A DNA stretch of 63,676 bases, counting the filler, from Raillietiella orientalis (lineage: Eukaryota), in assembly GCA_036172245.1 (NCBI GenBank). It is 2 parts of 2 records of this genome, joined end to end, with 100 filler letters (N's around TTAATTAATTAA, not from the genome) between each part and the next. Parts side by side here need not be neighbours in the genome. Positions count along the whole stretch, not along the records: positions 1 to 31,930 come from JAYWIR010000199.1; 1 more part is not named here. One strand, 5' to 3'. The notes below the pieces were generated by a model. The model ran no database searches and was not told the DNA's origin. It saw only the letters and a program-made list of their open reading frames with translations. Made by a program: the position numbers and the translations under genes. This document shows, one piece after another, positions 1-15,000 of the stretch (positions are counted from its first letter, which is position 1; every line of letters begins with the position of its first letter).

Positions 1-3000
1 CCATGACACGAATTTGCCGCTCGCTGCAAATGGACGCTTCGGGGAGAGGCGCAAAAGTGCAAAGGTGTCATCTGCTTATTTCGAATTGATTACAAACCCT
101 GAAACGTCCAAATTCGGTCCACATAATGAATCACAGAGAAGGAAAACATTCCCTTTCTAATTACGACACTGGTAACCATGAAAACGAAACAGAGTTAAAG
201 TGCCCCACCCTAAGGAAAGGACGCACTTTTCTCAATGTTCTTCTGAACCCAGTCAAATGTACGTGTGTGCAGCTTTCCATGACACGAATTTGCCGGTCGC
301 TGCAAATGGACGCTTCGGAGAGAGGCGCAAAAGTGCAAAGGTGTCATCTGCTGATTTCGAATTGATTACAAACCCTGAAACGTCCAAATTCGGTCCACAT
401 AATGATTCAAAGAGAAGGAAAACATTCCATTTCTAATTCCCACACTGGTAAACATGAAAACGAAACAGAGTCCAAAGTGACCCACCCTAAGGAAAGGACG
501 CACTCCTCTCAATGTTCTTCTGAACCCAGTCAAATGTACGTATGTGCAGCTATCCATGACACGAATTTGCCGCTCGCTGCAAATGGACGCTTCGGGGAGA
601 GGCGCAAAAGTGCAAAGGTGTCATCTGCTTATTTCGAATTGATTACAAACCCTGAAACGTCCAAATTCGGTCCACATAATGATTCAAAGAGAAGGAAAAC
701 ATTCCCTTTCTAATTACGACACTGGTAACCATGAAAACGAAACAGAGTTAAAGTGCCCCACCCTATGGAAAGGACGCACTTTTCTCAATGTTCTTCTGAA
801 CCCAGTCAAATGTACGTGTGTGCAGCTTTCCATGACACGAATTTGCCGGTCGCTGCAAATGGACGCTTCGGGGAGAGGCGCAAAAGTGCAAAGGTGTCAT
901 CTGCTTATTTCGAATTGATTACAAACCCTGAAACGTCCAAATTCGGTCCACATAATGATTCAAAGAGAAGGAAAACATTCCCTTTCTAATTACGACACTG
1001 GTAACCATGAAAACGAAACAGAGTCCAAAGTGCCCCACCCTAAGGAAAGGACGCACTCCTCTCAATGTTCTTCTGAACCCAGTCAAATGTACGTATGTGC
1101 AGCTATCCATGACACGAATTTGCCGCTCGCTGCAAATGGACGCTTCGGGGAGAGGCGCAAAAGTGCAAAGGTGTCATCTGCTTATTTCGAATTGATTACA
1201 AACTCTGAAACGTCCAAATTCGGTCCACATAATGATTCAAAGAGAAGGAAAACATTCCCTTTCTAATTACGACACTGGTAACCATGAAAACGAAACAGAG
1301 TTAAAGTGCCCCACCCTATGGAAAGGACGCACTTTTCTCAATGTTCTTCTGAACCCAGTCAAATGTACGTATGTGCAGCTATCCATGACACGAATTTGCC
1401 GCTCGCTGCAAATGGACGCTTCGGGGAGAGGCGCAAAAGTGCAAAGGTGTCATCTGCTTATTTCGAATTGATTACAAACCCTGAAACGTCCAAATTCGGT
1501 CCACATAATGATTCAAAGAGAAGGAAAACATTCCCTTTCTAATTACGACACTGGTAACCATGAAAACGAAACAGAGTTAAAGTGCCCCATCCTATGGAAA
1601 GGACGCACTTTTCTCAATGTTCTTCTGAACCCAGTCAAATGTACGTGTGTGCAGCTTTCCATGACACGAATTTGCCGCTCGCTGCAAATGGACGTTTCGG
1701 AGAGAGGCGCAAAAGTGCAAAGGTGTCATCTGCTTATTTCGAATTGATTACAAACCTTTAAACGTCCAAATTCGGTCCACATAATGAATCACAGAGAAGG
1801 AAAACATTCCCTTTCTAATTACGACACTGGTAACCATGAAAACGAAACAGAGTTAAAGTGCCCCACCCTATGGAAAGGACGCACTTTTCTCAATGTTCTT
1901 CTGAACCCAGTCAAATGTACGTGTGTGCAGCTTTCCATGACACGAATTTGCCGGTCGCTGCAAATGGACGCTTCGGAGAGAGGCGCAAAAGTGCAAAGGT
2001 GTCATCTGCTGATTTCGAATTGATTACAAACCCTGAAAAGTCCAAATTCGGTCCACATAATGATCCAAAGAGAAGGAAAACATTCCATTTCTAATTCCCA
2101 CACTGGTAAACAAGAAAACGAAACAGAGTCCAAAGTGACCCACTCTAAGGAAAGGACGCACTCCTCTCAATATTCTTCTGAACCCAGTCAAATGTACGTA
2201 TGTGCAGCTATCCATGACAGGAATTTGCCGTTCGCTGCAAATGGACGCTTCGGGGAGAGGCGCAAAAGTGCAAAGGAGTCATCTGCTTATTTCGAATTGA
2301 TTACATACCCTGAAACGTCCAAATTCGGTCCACATAATGATTCAAAGAGAAGGAAAACATTCCCTTTTTAATTACGACACTGGTTACCATGAAAACGAAA
2401 CAGAGTTAAAGTGCCCCATCCTATGGAAAGGACGCACTTTTCTCAGTGTTCTTCTGAACCCAGTCAAATGTACGTGTGTGCAGCTTTCCATGACACGAAT
2501 TTGCCGGTCGCTGCAAATGGACGCTTCGGAGAGAGGCGCAAAAGTGCAAAGGTGTCATCTGCTGATTTCGAATTGATTACAAACCCTGAAACGTCCAAAT
2601 TCGGTCCACATAATGATTCAAAGAGAAGGAAAACATTCCATTTCTAATTCCCACACTGGTAAACATGAAAACGAAACAGAGTCCAAAGTGCCCCACCCTA
2701 AGGAAAGGACGCACTCCTCTCAATGTTCTTCTGAACCCAGTCAAATGTACGTATGTGCAGCTATCCATGACACGAATTTGCCGCTCGCTGCAAATGGACG
2801 CTTCGGGGAGAGGCGCAAAAGTGCAAAGGTGTCATCTGCTTATTTCGAATTGATTACAAACCCTTAAACGTCCAAATTCGGTCCACATATTGATTCAAAG
2901 AGAAGTAAAACATACCCTTTCTAATTACGACACTGGTAACCATGAAAACGAAACAGAGTCCAAAGTGCCCCACCCTAAGGAAAGGACGCACTCTTCTCAA

Positions 3001-6000
3001 TGTTCTTCTGAACCCAGTCAAATGTACGTATGTGCAGCTATCCATGACACGAATTTGCCGGTCGCTGCAAATGGACGCTTCGGGGAGAGGCGCAAAAGTG
3101 CAAAGGTGTCATCTGCTGATTTCGAATTGATTACAAACCATGAAACGTCCAAATTCGGTCTACATAATGATTCAAAGAGAAGGAAAACATTACCTTTCTA
3201 ATTACGACACAGGTAACTATGAAAACGAAACAGAGTCCAAAGTGCTTCACCCTAAGGAAAGGACGCACTGCTCTCAATGTTCTACTGAACCCAGTCAAAT
3301 GTACGTGTGTGCAGCTTTCCATGACACGAATTTGCCGGTCGCTGCAAATGGACGCTTCGCAGAGAGGCGCAAAAGTGCAAAGGTGTCATCTGCTGATTTC
3401 GAATTGATTACAAACTCTGAAACTTCCAAATTCGGTCCACATAATGATTCAAAGAGAAGGAAAACATTCCATTTCTAATTCCGACACTGGTAACCATGAA
3501 AACGAAACAGAGTCCAAAGTGCCCCACCCTAAGGAAAGGACGCACTGCTCTCAATGTTCTACTGAACCCAGTCAAATGTACGTATGTGCAGCTATCCATG
3601 ACACGAATTTGCCGCTCGCTGCAATTGGACGCTTCGGGGAGAGGCGCAAAAGTGCAAAGGTGTCATCTGCTGATTTCGAATTGATTACAAACCCTGAAAC
3701 GTCCAAATTCGGTCCACATAGTGAATCAAAGAGAAGGAAAACATTAACTGTCTAATTCCGACACTGGTAACCATGAAAACGAAACAGAGTCCAAAGTGCC
3801 CCACCCTAAGGAAAGGACGCACTCCTCTCAATGTTCTTCTGAACCCAGTCATATGTACGTATGTGCAGCTATCCTTGACACGAATTTGCCGCTCGCTGCA
3901 AATGGACGTTTCGGGGAGAGGCGCAAAAGTGCAAAGTTGTCATCTGCTAATTTCGAATTGATTACAAACCCTTAAACGTCCAAATTCGGTCCACATATTG
4001 ATTCAAAGAGAAGTAAAACATACCCTTTCTAATTACGACACTGGTAACCATGGAAACGAAACAGAGTCCAAAGTGCCCCACCCTAAGGAAAGGACGCACT
4101 CCTCTCAATGTTCTTCTGAACCCAGTCATATGTACGTATGTGCAGCTATCCTTGACACGAATTTGCCGCTCGCTGCAAATGGACGTTTCGGGGAGAGGCG
4201 CAAAAGTGCAAAGTTGTCATCTGCTTATTTCGAATTGATTACAAACCCTTATTCGTCCAAATTCGGACCACATATTGATTCAAAGAGAAGTAAAACATAC
4301 CCTTTCTAATTACGACACTGGTAACCATGAAAACGAAACAGAGTTAAAGTGCCCCAACCTATGGAAAGGACGCACTTTTCTCAATGTTCTTCTGAACCCA
4401 GTCAAATGTACGTGTGTGCAGCTTTCCATGACACGAATTTGCCGCTCGCTGCAAATGGACGCTTCGGGGAGAGGCGCAAAAGTGCAAAGGTGTCATCTGC
4501 TTATTTCGAATTGATTACAAACCATGAAACGTCCAAATTCGGTCCACATAATGATTCAAAGAGAAGGAAAACATTCCCTTTCTAATTACGACACTGGTAA
4601 CCATGAAAACGAAACAGAGTTAAAGTGCCCCAACCTATGGAAAGGACGCACTTTTCTCAATGTTCTTCTGAACCCAGTCAAATGTACGTGTGTGCAGCTT
4701 TCCATGACACGAATTTGCCGGTCGCTGCAAATGGACGCTTCGGGGAGAGGCGCAAAAGTGCAAAGGTGTCATCTGCTTATTTCGAATTGATTACAAACCC
4801 TGAAACGTCCAAATTCGGTCCACATAATGATTCAAAGAGAAGGAAAACATTCCCTTTCTAATTACGACACTGGTAACCATGAAAACGAAACAGAGTTAAA
4901 GTGCCCCACCCTATGGAAAGGACGCACTTCTCAATGTTCTTCTGAACCCAGTCAAATGTACGTATGTGCAGCTTTCCATGACACGAATTTGCCGGTCGCT
5001 GCAAATGGACGCTTCGGGGAGAGGCGCAAAAGTGCAAAGGTGTCATCTGCTTATTTCGAATTGATTACAAACCATGAAACGTCCAAATTCGGTCCACATA
5101 ATGATTCAAAGAGAAGGAAAACATTTCCTTTCTAATTACGACACAGGTAACCATGAAAACGAAACAGAGTTAAAGTGCCCCATCCTATGGAAAGGATGCA
5201 CTTTTCTCAATGTTCTTCTGAGCCCAGTCAAATGTACGTGTGTGCAGCTTTCGATGACACGAATTTGCCGGTCGCTGCAAATGGACACTTCGGAGAGAGG
5301 CGCAAAAGTGCAAAGGTGTCATCTGCTGATTTCGAATTGATTACAAACCCTGAAACTTCCAAATTCGGTCCACATAATGATTCAAAGAGAAGGAAAACAT
5401 TCCATTTCTAATTACGACACTGGTAACCATGAAAAGGAAACAGAGTCCAAAGTACCCCACCCTAAGGAAAGGACGCACCCCTATCAATGTTCTTCTGAAC
5501 CCAGTCAAATGTACGTATGTGCAGCTATCCATGACACGAATTTGCCGCTCGCTGCAAATGAACGCTTCGGGGAGAGGCGCAAAACTGCAAAGGTGTCATC
5601 TGCTGATTTCGAATTGATTACAAACCCTGAAACGTCTAAATTCGGTCCACATAATGATTCAAAGAGAAGGAAAACATTCCATTTCTAATTCCGACACTGG
5701 CAACCATGAAAACGAAACAGAGTCCAAAGTGCCCCACCCTAAGGAAAGGACGCACTCCTCTCAATGTACTTCTGAACCCAGTCAAATGTACGTGTGTGCA
5801 GCTTTCCATGACACGAATTTGCCGGTCGCTGCAAATGGACGCTTCGGAGAGAGGCGCAAAAGTGCAAAGGTGTCATCTGCTGATTTCGAATTGATTACAA
5901 ACCCTGAAACGTCCAAATTCGGTCCACATAGTGAATCAAAGAGAAGGAAAACATTAACTGTCTAATTCCGACACTGGTAACCATGAAAACGAAACAGAGT

Positions 6001-9000
6001 TAAAGTGCCCCATCCTATGAAAAGGACGCACTTTTCTCAATGTTCTTCAGAACCCAGTCAAATGTACGTGTGTGCAGCTTTCCATGACACGAATTTGCCG
6101 GTCGCTGCAAATGGACGCTTCGGAGAGAGGCGCGAAAGTGCAAAGGTGTCATCATCTGATTTCGAATTGATTACAAACCCTGAAACGTCTAAATTCGGTC
6201 CACATAATGATTCAAAGAGAAGGAAAACATTCCATTTCTAATTCCCACACTGGCAACCATGAAAAGGAAACAGAGTCCAAAGTGCCCCACCCTAAGGAAA
6301 GGACGCACTCCTCTCAATGTTCTTCTGAACCCAGTCATATGTACGTATGTGCAGCTATCCTTTACACGAATTTGCCGCTCGCTGCAAATGAACGCTTCGG
6401 GGAGAGGCGCAAAACTGCAAAGGTGTCATCTGCTGATTTCGAATTGATTACAAACCCTGAAACGTCTAAATTCGGTCCACATAATGATTCAAAGAGAAGG
6501 AAAACATTCCATTTCTAATTCCGACACAGGTAACCATGAAAACGAAACAGAGTTAAAGTGCCCCATCCTATGAAAAGGACGCACTTTTCTCAATGTTCTT
6601 CAGAACCCAGTCAAATGTACGTGTGTGCAGCTATCCTTGACACGAATTTGCCGCTCGCTGCAAATGGACGTTTCGGGGAGAGGCGCAAAAGTGCAAAGGT
6701 GTCATCTGCTTATTTCGAATTGATCACAAACCCTTAAACGTCCAAATTCGGTCCACATATTGATTCAAAGATAAGTAAAACATACCCTTTCTAATTACGA
6801 CACTGGTAACCATGAAAACGAAACAGTGTTAAAGTGCCCCACCCTAAGGAAAGGACGCACTTTTCTCAATGTTCTTCTGAACCCAGTCAAATGAACGTGT
6901 GTGCAGCTTTCCATGACACGAATTTGCCGGTCGCTGCAAATGGACGCTTCGGAGAGAGGCGCAAAAGTGCAAAGGTGTCATCTGCTGATTTCGAATTGAT
7001 TACAAACCCTGAAACGTCCAAATTCGGTCCACATAATGATTCAAAGAGAAGGAAAACATTCAATTTCTAATTCCCACACTGGTAAACATGAAAACGAAAC
7101 AGAGTCCAAAGTGACCCACTCTAAGGAAAGGACGCACTTTTCTCAATGTTCTTCAGAACCCAGTCAAATGTACGTGTGTGCAGCTTTTCATGACACGAAT
7201 TTGCCGGTCGCTGCAAATGGACGCTTCGGAGAGAGGCGCGAAAGTGCAAAGGTGACATCTGCTGATTTCGAATTGATTACAAACCCTGAAACGTCCAAAT
7301 TCGGTCCACATAATGAATCCCAGAGAAAAAAAACATTCCATTTCTAATTCCCACACTGGTAACCATCAAAACGAAACAGAGTCCAAAGTGACCCACTCTA
7401 AGGAAAGGACGCACTTTTCTCAATGTTCTTCTGAACCCAGTCATATGTACGTATGTGCAGCTATCCTTGACACGAATTTGCCGCTCGCTGCAAATGGACG
7501 TTTCGGGGAGAGGCGCAAAAGTGCAAAGGTGTCATCTGCTTATTTCGAATTGATTACAAACCCTTAAACGTCCAAATTCCGTCCACATATTGATTCAAAG
7601 AGAAGTAAAACATACCCTTTCAAATTACGACACTGGTAACCATGAAAACGAAACAGTGTTAAAGTGCCCCAACCTATGGAAAGGACGCGGTTTTCTCAAT
7701 GTTCTTCTGAACCCAGTCAAATGTACGTGTGTGCAGCTTTCCATGACACGAATTTGCCGGTCGCTGCAAATGGACGCTTCGGGGAGAGGCGCAAAAGTGC
7801 AAAGGTGTCATCTGCTGATTTCGAATTGATTACAAACCATGAAACGTCCAAATTCGGTCTACATAATGATTCAAAGAGAAGGAAAACATTACCTTTCTAA
7901 TTACGACACAGGTAACTATGAAAACGAAACAGAGTTAAAGCGCCCCACCCTATGGAAAGGACGCACTTTTCTCAATGTTCTTCTGAACCCAGTCAAATGT
8001 ACGTATGTGCAGCTATCCATGACACGAATTTGCCGCTCGCTGCAAATAGACGCTTCGGGGAGAGGCGCAAAAGTGCAAAGGTGTCATCTGCTTATTTCGA
8101 ATTGATTACAAACCTTTAAACGTCCAAATTCGGTCGACATAATGATTCAAAGAGAAGGAAAACATTCCCTTTCTAATTACGACACTGGTAACCATGAAAA
8201 CGAAACAGAGTTAAAGTGCCCCATCCTATGGAAAGGACGCACTTTTCTCAATGTTCTTCTGAACTCAGTCAAATGTACGTGTGTGCAGCTTTCCATGACA
8301 CGAATTTGCCGGTCGCTGCAAATGGACGCTTCGGGGAGAGGAGCAAAAGTGCAAAGGTGTCATCTGCTCATTTCGAATTGATTACAAACCCTGAAACGTC
8401 CAAATTCGGTCCACATAATGATTCAAAGAGAAGGAAAACATTACCTTTCTAATTACGACACAGCTAACTATGAAAACGAAACAGAGTCCAAAGTGCTTCA
8501 CCCTAAGGAAAGGACGCAGTCCTCTCAATGTTCTTCTGAACCCAGTCAAATGTACGTATGTGCAGCTATCCATGACACGAATTTGCCGCTCGCTGCAAAT
8601 GGACGCTTCGGGGAGAGGCGCAAAAGTGCCAAGGTGTCATCTGCTTATTTCGAATTGATTACAAACTCTGAAACGTCCAAATTCGGTCCACATAATGATT
8701 CAAAGATAAGGAAAACATTCCCTTTTTAATTACGACACTGGTAACCATGAAAACGAAACAGAGTTAAAGTGCCCCACCCTATGGAAAGGACGCACTTTTC
8801 TCAATGTTCTTCTGAACCCAGTCAAATGTACGTATGTGCAGCTATCCATGACACGAATTTGCCGCTCGCTACAAATGGACGCTTCGGGGAGAGGCGCAAA
8901 AGTGCAAAGGTGTCATCTGCTTATTTCGAATTGATTACAAACCCTGAAACGTCCAAATTCGGTCCACATAATGATTCAAAGAGAAGGAAAACATTCCCTT

Positions 9001-12000
9001 TCTAAATACGACACTGGTAACCATGAAAACGAAACAGAGTTAAAGTGCCCCATCCTATGGAAAGGACGCACTTTTCTCAATGTTCTTCTGAACCCAGTCA
9101 AATGAACGTGTGTGCAGCTTTCCATGACACGAATTTGCCGCTCGCTGCAAATGGACGTTTCGGAGAGAGGCGCAAAAGTGCAAAGGTGTCATCTGCTTAT
9201 TTCGAATTGGTTACAAACCTTTAAACGTCCGAATTCGGTCCACATAATGAATCACAGAGAAGCAAAACTTTCCCTTTCTAATTACGACACTAGTAACCAT
9301 GAAAACGACACAGAGTTAAAGTGCCCCACCCTATGGAAAGGACGCACTTTTCTCAATGTTCTTCTGAACCCAGTCAAATGAACGTGTGTGCAGCTTTCCA
9401 TGACACGAATTTGCCGGTCGCTGCAAATGGACGCTTCGGAGAGAGGCGCAAAAGTGCAAAGGTGTCATCTGCTGATTTCGAATTGATTACAAACCCTGAA
9501 AAGTCCAAATTCGGTCCACATAAAGATCCAAAGAGAAGGAAAACATTCCATTTCTAATTCCCACACTGGTAAACAAGAAAACGAAACAGAGTCCAAAGTG
9601 ACCCACTCTAAGGAAAGGACGCACTCCTCTCAATATTCTTCTGAACCCAGTCAAATGTACGTATGTGCAGCTATCCGTGACACGAATTTGCCGCTCGCTG
9701 CAAATGGACGCTTCGGGGAGAGGCGCAAAAGTGCAAAGGAGTCATCTGCTTATTTCGAATTGATTACAAACCCTGAAACGTCCAAATTCGGTCCACATAA
9801 TGATTCAAAGAGAAGGAAAACATTCCCTTTCTAATTACGAAACTGGTAACCATGAAAACGAAACAGAGTTAAAGTGCCCCATCCTATGGAAAGGACGCAC
9901 TTTTCTCAATGTTCTTCTGAACCCAGTCAAATGTACGTGTGTGCAGCTTTCCATGACACGAATTTGCCGGTCGCTGCAAATGGACGCTTCGGAGAGAGGC
10001 GCAAAAGTGCAAAGGTGTCATCTGCTGATTTCGAATTGATTACAAACCCTGAAACGTCCAAATTCGGTCCACATAATGATTCAAAGAGAAGGAAAACATT
10101 CCATTTCTAATTCCCACACTGGTAAACATGAAAACGAAACAGAGTCCAAAGTGCCCCACCCTAAGGAAAGGACGCACTCCTCTCAATGTTCTTCTGAACC
10201 CAGTCATATGTACGTATGTGCAGCTATCCTTGACACGAATTTGCCGCTCGCTGCAAATGGACGTTTCGGGGAGAGGTGCAAAAGTGCAAAGGTGTCATCT
10301 GCTTATTTCGAATTGATTACAAACCCTTGAACGTCCAAATTCGGTCCACATATTGATTCAAAGAGAAGTAAAACATACCCTTTCTAATTACGACACTGGT
10401 AACCATGAAAACGAAACAGTGTTAAAGTGCCCCAACCTATGGAAAGGACGCACTTTTCTCAATGTTCTTCTGAACCCAGTGAAATGTACGTGTGTGCAGC
10501 TTTCCATGACACGAATTTGCCGGTCGCTGCAAATGGACGCTTCGGGGAGAGGCGCAAAAGTGCAAAGGTGTCATCTGCTGATTTCGAATTGATTACAAAC
10601 CATGAAACGTCCAAATTCGGTCTACATAATGATTCAAAGAGAAGGAAAACATTACCTTTCTAATTACGACAGAGGTAACTATGAAAACGAAACAGAGACC
10701 AAAGTGCTTCACCCTAAGGAAAGGACGCACTGCTCTCAATGTTCTACTGAACCCAGTCAAATGTACGTGTGTGCAGCTTTCCATGACACGAATTTGCCGG
10801 TCGCTGCAAATGGACGCTTCGGAGAGAGGCGCAAAAGTGCAAAGGTGTCATCTGCTGATTTCGAATTGATTACAAACTCTGAAACTTCCAAATTCGGTCC
10901 ACATAATGATTCAAAGAGAAGGAAAACATTCCATTTCTAATTCCGACACTGGTAACCATGAAAACGAAACAGAGTCCATAGTGCCCCACCCTAAGGAAAG
11001 GACGCACTGCTCTCAATGTTCTACTGAACCCAGTCAAATGTACGTATGTGCAGCTATCCATGACACAAATTTGCCGCTCGCTGCAAATGGACGCTTCGGG
11101 GAGAGGCGCAAAAGTGCAAAGGTGTCATCTGCTGATTTCGAATTGATTACAAACCCTGAAACGTCCAAATTCGGTCCACATAGTGAATCAAACAGAAGGA
11201 AAACATTAACTGTCTAATTCCGACACTGGTAACCATGAAAACGAAACAGAGTCCAAAGTGCCCCACCCTGAGGAAAGGACGCACTCCTCTCAATGTTCTT
11301 CTGAACCCAGTCATATGTACGTATGTGCAGCTATCCTTGACACGAATTTGCCGCTCGCTGCAAATGGACGTTTCGGGGAGAGGCGCAAAAGTGCAAAGTT
11401 GTCATCTGCTTATTTCGAATTGATTACAAACCCTTAAACGTCCAAATTCGGTCCACATATTGATTCAAAGAGAAGTAAAACATACCCTTTCTAATTACGA
11501 CACTGGTAACCATGGAAACGAAACAGAGTCCAAAGTGCCCCACCCTAAGGAAAGGACGCACTCCTCTCAATGTTCTTCTGAACCCAGTCATATGTACGTA
11601 TGTGCAGCTATCCTTGACACGAATTTGCCGCTCGCTGCAAATGGACGTTTCGGGGAGAGGCGCAAAAGTGCAAAGTTGTCATCTGCTTATTTCGAATTGA
11701 TTACAAACCCTTATTCGTCCAAATTCGGACCACATATTGATTCAAAGAGAAGTAAAACATACCCTTTCTAATTACGACACTGGTAACCATGAAAACGAAA
11801 CAGTGTTAAAGTGCCCCAACCTATGGAAAGGACGCACTTTTCTCAATGTTCTTCTGAACCCAGTGAAATGTACGTGTGTGCAGCTTTCCATGACACGAAT
11901 TTGCCGGTCGCTGCAAATGGACGCTTCGGGGAGAGGCGCAAAAGTGCAAAGGTGTCATCTGCTTATTTCGAATTGATTACAAACCATGAAACGTCCAAAT

Positions 12001-15000
12001 TCGGTCCACATAATGATTCAAAGAGAAGGAAAACATTTCCTTTCTAATTACGACACAGGTAACCATGAAAACGAAACAGAGTTAAAGTGCCCCATCCTAT
12101 GGAAAGGATGCACTTTTCTCAATGTTCTTCTGAGCCCAGTCAAATGTACGTGTGTGCAGCTTTCGATGACACGAATTTGCCGGTCGCTGCAAATGGACAC
12201 TTCGGAGAGAGGCGCAAAAGTCCAAAGGTGTCATCTGCTGATTTCGAATTGATTACAAACCCTGAAACTTCCAAATTCGGTCCACATAATGATTCAAAGA
12301 GAAGGAAAACATTCCATTTCTAATTACGACACTGGTAACCATGAAAAGGAAACAGAGTCCAAAGTACCCCACCCTAAGGAAAGGACGCACCCCTATCAAT
12401 GTTCTTCTGAACCCAGTCAAATGTACGTATGTGCAGCTATCCATGACACGAATTTGCCGCTCGCTGCAAATGAACGCTTCGGGGAGAGGCGCAAAACTGC
12501 AAAGGTGTCATCTGCTGATTTCGAATTGATTGCAAACCCTGAAACGTCTAAATTCGGTGCACATAATGATTCAAAGAGAAGGAAAACATTCCATTTCTAA
12601 TTCCGACACTGGCAACCATGAAAACGAAGCAGAGTCCAAAGTGCCCCACCCTAAGGAAAGGACGCACTCCTCTCAATGTACTTCTGAACCCAGTCAAATG
12701 TACGTGTGTGCAGCTTTCCATGACACGAATTTGCCGGTCGCTGCAAATGGACGCTTCGGAGAGAGGCGCAAAAGTGCAAAGGTGTCATCTGCTGATTTCG
12801 AATTGATTACAAACCCTGAAACGTCCAAATTCGGTCCACATAGTGAATCAAAGAGAAGGAAAACATTAACTGTCTAATTCCGACACTGGTAACCATGAAA
12901 ACGAAACAGAGTTAAAGTGCCCCATCCTATGAAAAGGACGCACTTTTCTCAATGTTCTTCAGAACCCAGTCAAATGTACGTGTGTGCAGCTTTCCATGAC
13001 ACGAATTTGCCGGTCGCTGCAAATGGACGCTTCGGAGAGAGGCGCGAAAGTGCAAAGGTGTCATCATCTGATTTCGAATTGATTACAAACCCTGAAACGT
13101 CTAAATTCGGTCCACATAATGATTCAAAGAGAAGGAAAACATTCCATTTCTAATTCCCACACTGGCAACCATGAAAAGGAAACAGAGTCCGAAGTGCCCC
13201 ACCCTAAGGAAAGGACGCACTCCTCTCAATGTTCTTCTGAACCCAGTCATATGTACGTATGTGCAGCTATCCTTTACACGAATTTGCCGCTCGCTGCAAA
13301 TGGACGTTTCGGGGAGAGGCGCAAAAGTGCAAAGTTGTCATCTGCTTATTTCGAATTGATTACAAACCCTTATTCGTCCAAATTCGGACCACATATTGAT
13401 TCAAAGACAAGTAAAACATACCCTTTCTAATTACGACACTGGTAACCATGAAAACGAAACAGAGTTAAAGTGCCCCAACCTATGGAAAGGACGCACTTTT
13501 CTCAATGTTCTTCTGAACCCAGTCAAATGTACGTGTGTGCAGCTTTCCATGACACGAATTTGCCGGTCGCTGCAAATGGACGCTTCGGGGAGAGGCGCAA
13601 AAGTGCAAAGGTGTCATCTGCTTATTTCGAATTGATTACAAACCCTGAAACGTCCAAATTCGGTCCACATAGTGAATCAAAGAGAAGGAAAACATTAACT
13701 GTCTAATTCCGACACTGGTAACCATGAAAACGAAACAGAGTTAAAGTGCCCCATCCTATGGAAAGGACGCACTTTTCTCAATGTTCTTCTGAACCCAGTC
13801 AAATGTACGTGTGTGCAGCTTTCCATGACACGAATTTGCCGGTCGCTGCAAATGGACGCTTCGGAGAGAGGCGCAAAAGTGCAAAGGTGTCATCTGCTGA
13901 TTTCGAATTGATTACAAACCCTGAAACGTCTAAATTCGGTCCACATAATGATTCAAAGAGAAGGAAAACATTCCATTTCTAATTCCCACACTGGTAACCA
14001 TGAAAACGAAACAGAGTCCAAAGTGCCCCACCCTAAGGAAAGGACGCACTCCTCTCAATGTTCTTCTGAACCCAGTCATATGTACGTATGTGCAGCTATC
14101 CTTTACACGAATTTGCCGCTCGCTGCAAATGAACGCTTCGGGGAGAGGCGCAAAACTGCAAAGGTGTCATCTGCTGATTTCGAATTGATTACAAACCCTG
14201 AAACGTCTAAATTCGGTCCACATAATGATTCAAAGAGAAGGAAAACATTCCATTTCTAATTCCTACACTGGTAACCATGAAAACGAAACAGAGTTAAAGT
14301 GCCCCACCCTATGGAAAGGACGCACTTTTCTCAATGTTCTTCTGAACCCAGTCAAATGTACGTATGTGCAGCTATCCATGACACGAATTTGCCGCTCGCT
14401 GCAAATGGACGCTTCGGGGAGAGGCGCAAAAGTGCAAAGGTGTCATCTGCTTATTTCGAATTGATCACAAACCCTTAAACGTCCAAATTCGGTCCACATA
14501 TTGATTCAAAGATAAGTAAAACATACCCTTTCTAATTACGACACTGGTAACCATGAAAACGAAACAGTGTTAAAGTGCCCCATCCTATGAAAAGGACGCA
14601 CTTTTCTCAATGTTCTTCAGAACCCAGTCAAATGTACGTGTGTGCAGCTATCCTTGACACGAATTTGCCGCTCGCTGCAAATGGACGTTTCGGGGAGAGG
14701 CGCAAAAGTGCAAAGTTGTCATCTGCTTATTTCGAATTGATTACAAACCCTTAAACGTCCAAATTCGGTCCACATATTGATTCAAAGAGAAGTAAAACAT
14801 ACCCTTTCTAATTACGACACTGGTAGCCATGGAAACGAAACAGAGTCCAAAGTGCCCCACCCTAAGGAAAGGACGCACTCCTCTCAATGTTCTTCTGAAC
14901 CCAGTCATATGTACGTATGTGCAGCTATCCTTGACACGAATTTGCCGCTCGCTGCAAATGGACGTTTCGGGGAGAGGCGCAAAAGTGCAAAGTTGTCATC

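Noticed and set aside
313..330. CENP-B-box-like CTTCGGAGAGAGGCGCA in the monomer
   Set aside because: Only the TTCG core matches; the required A and CGGG positions do not.
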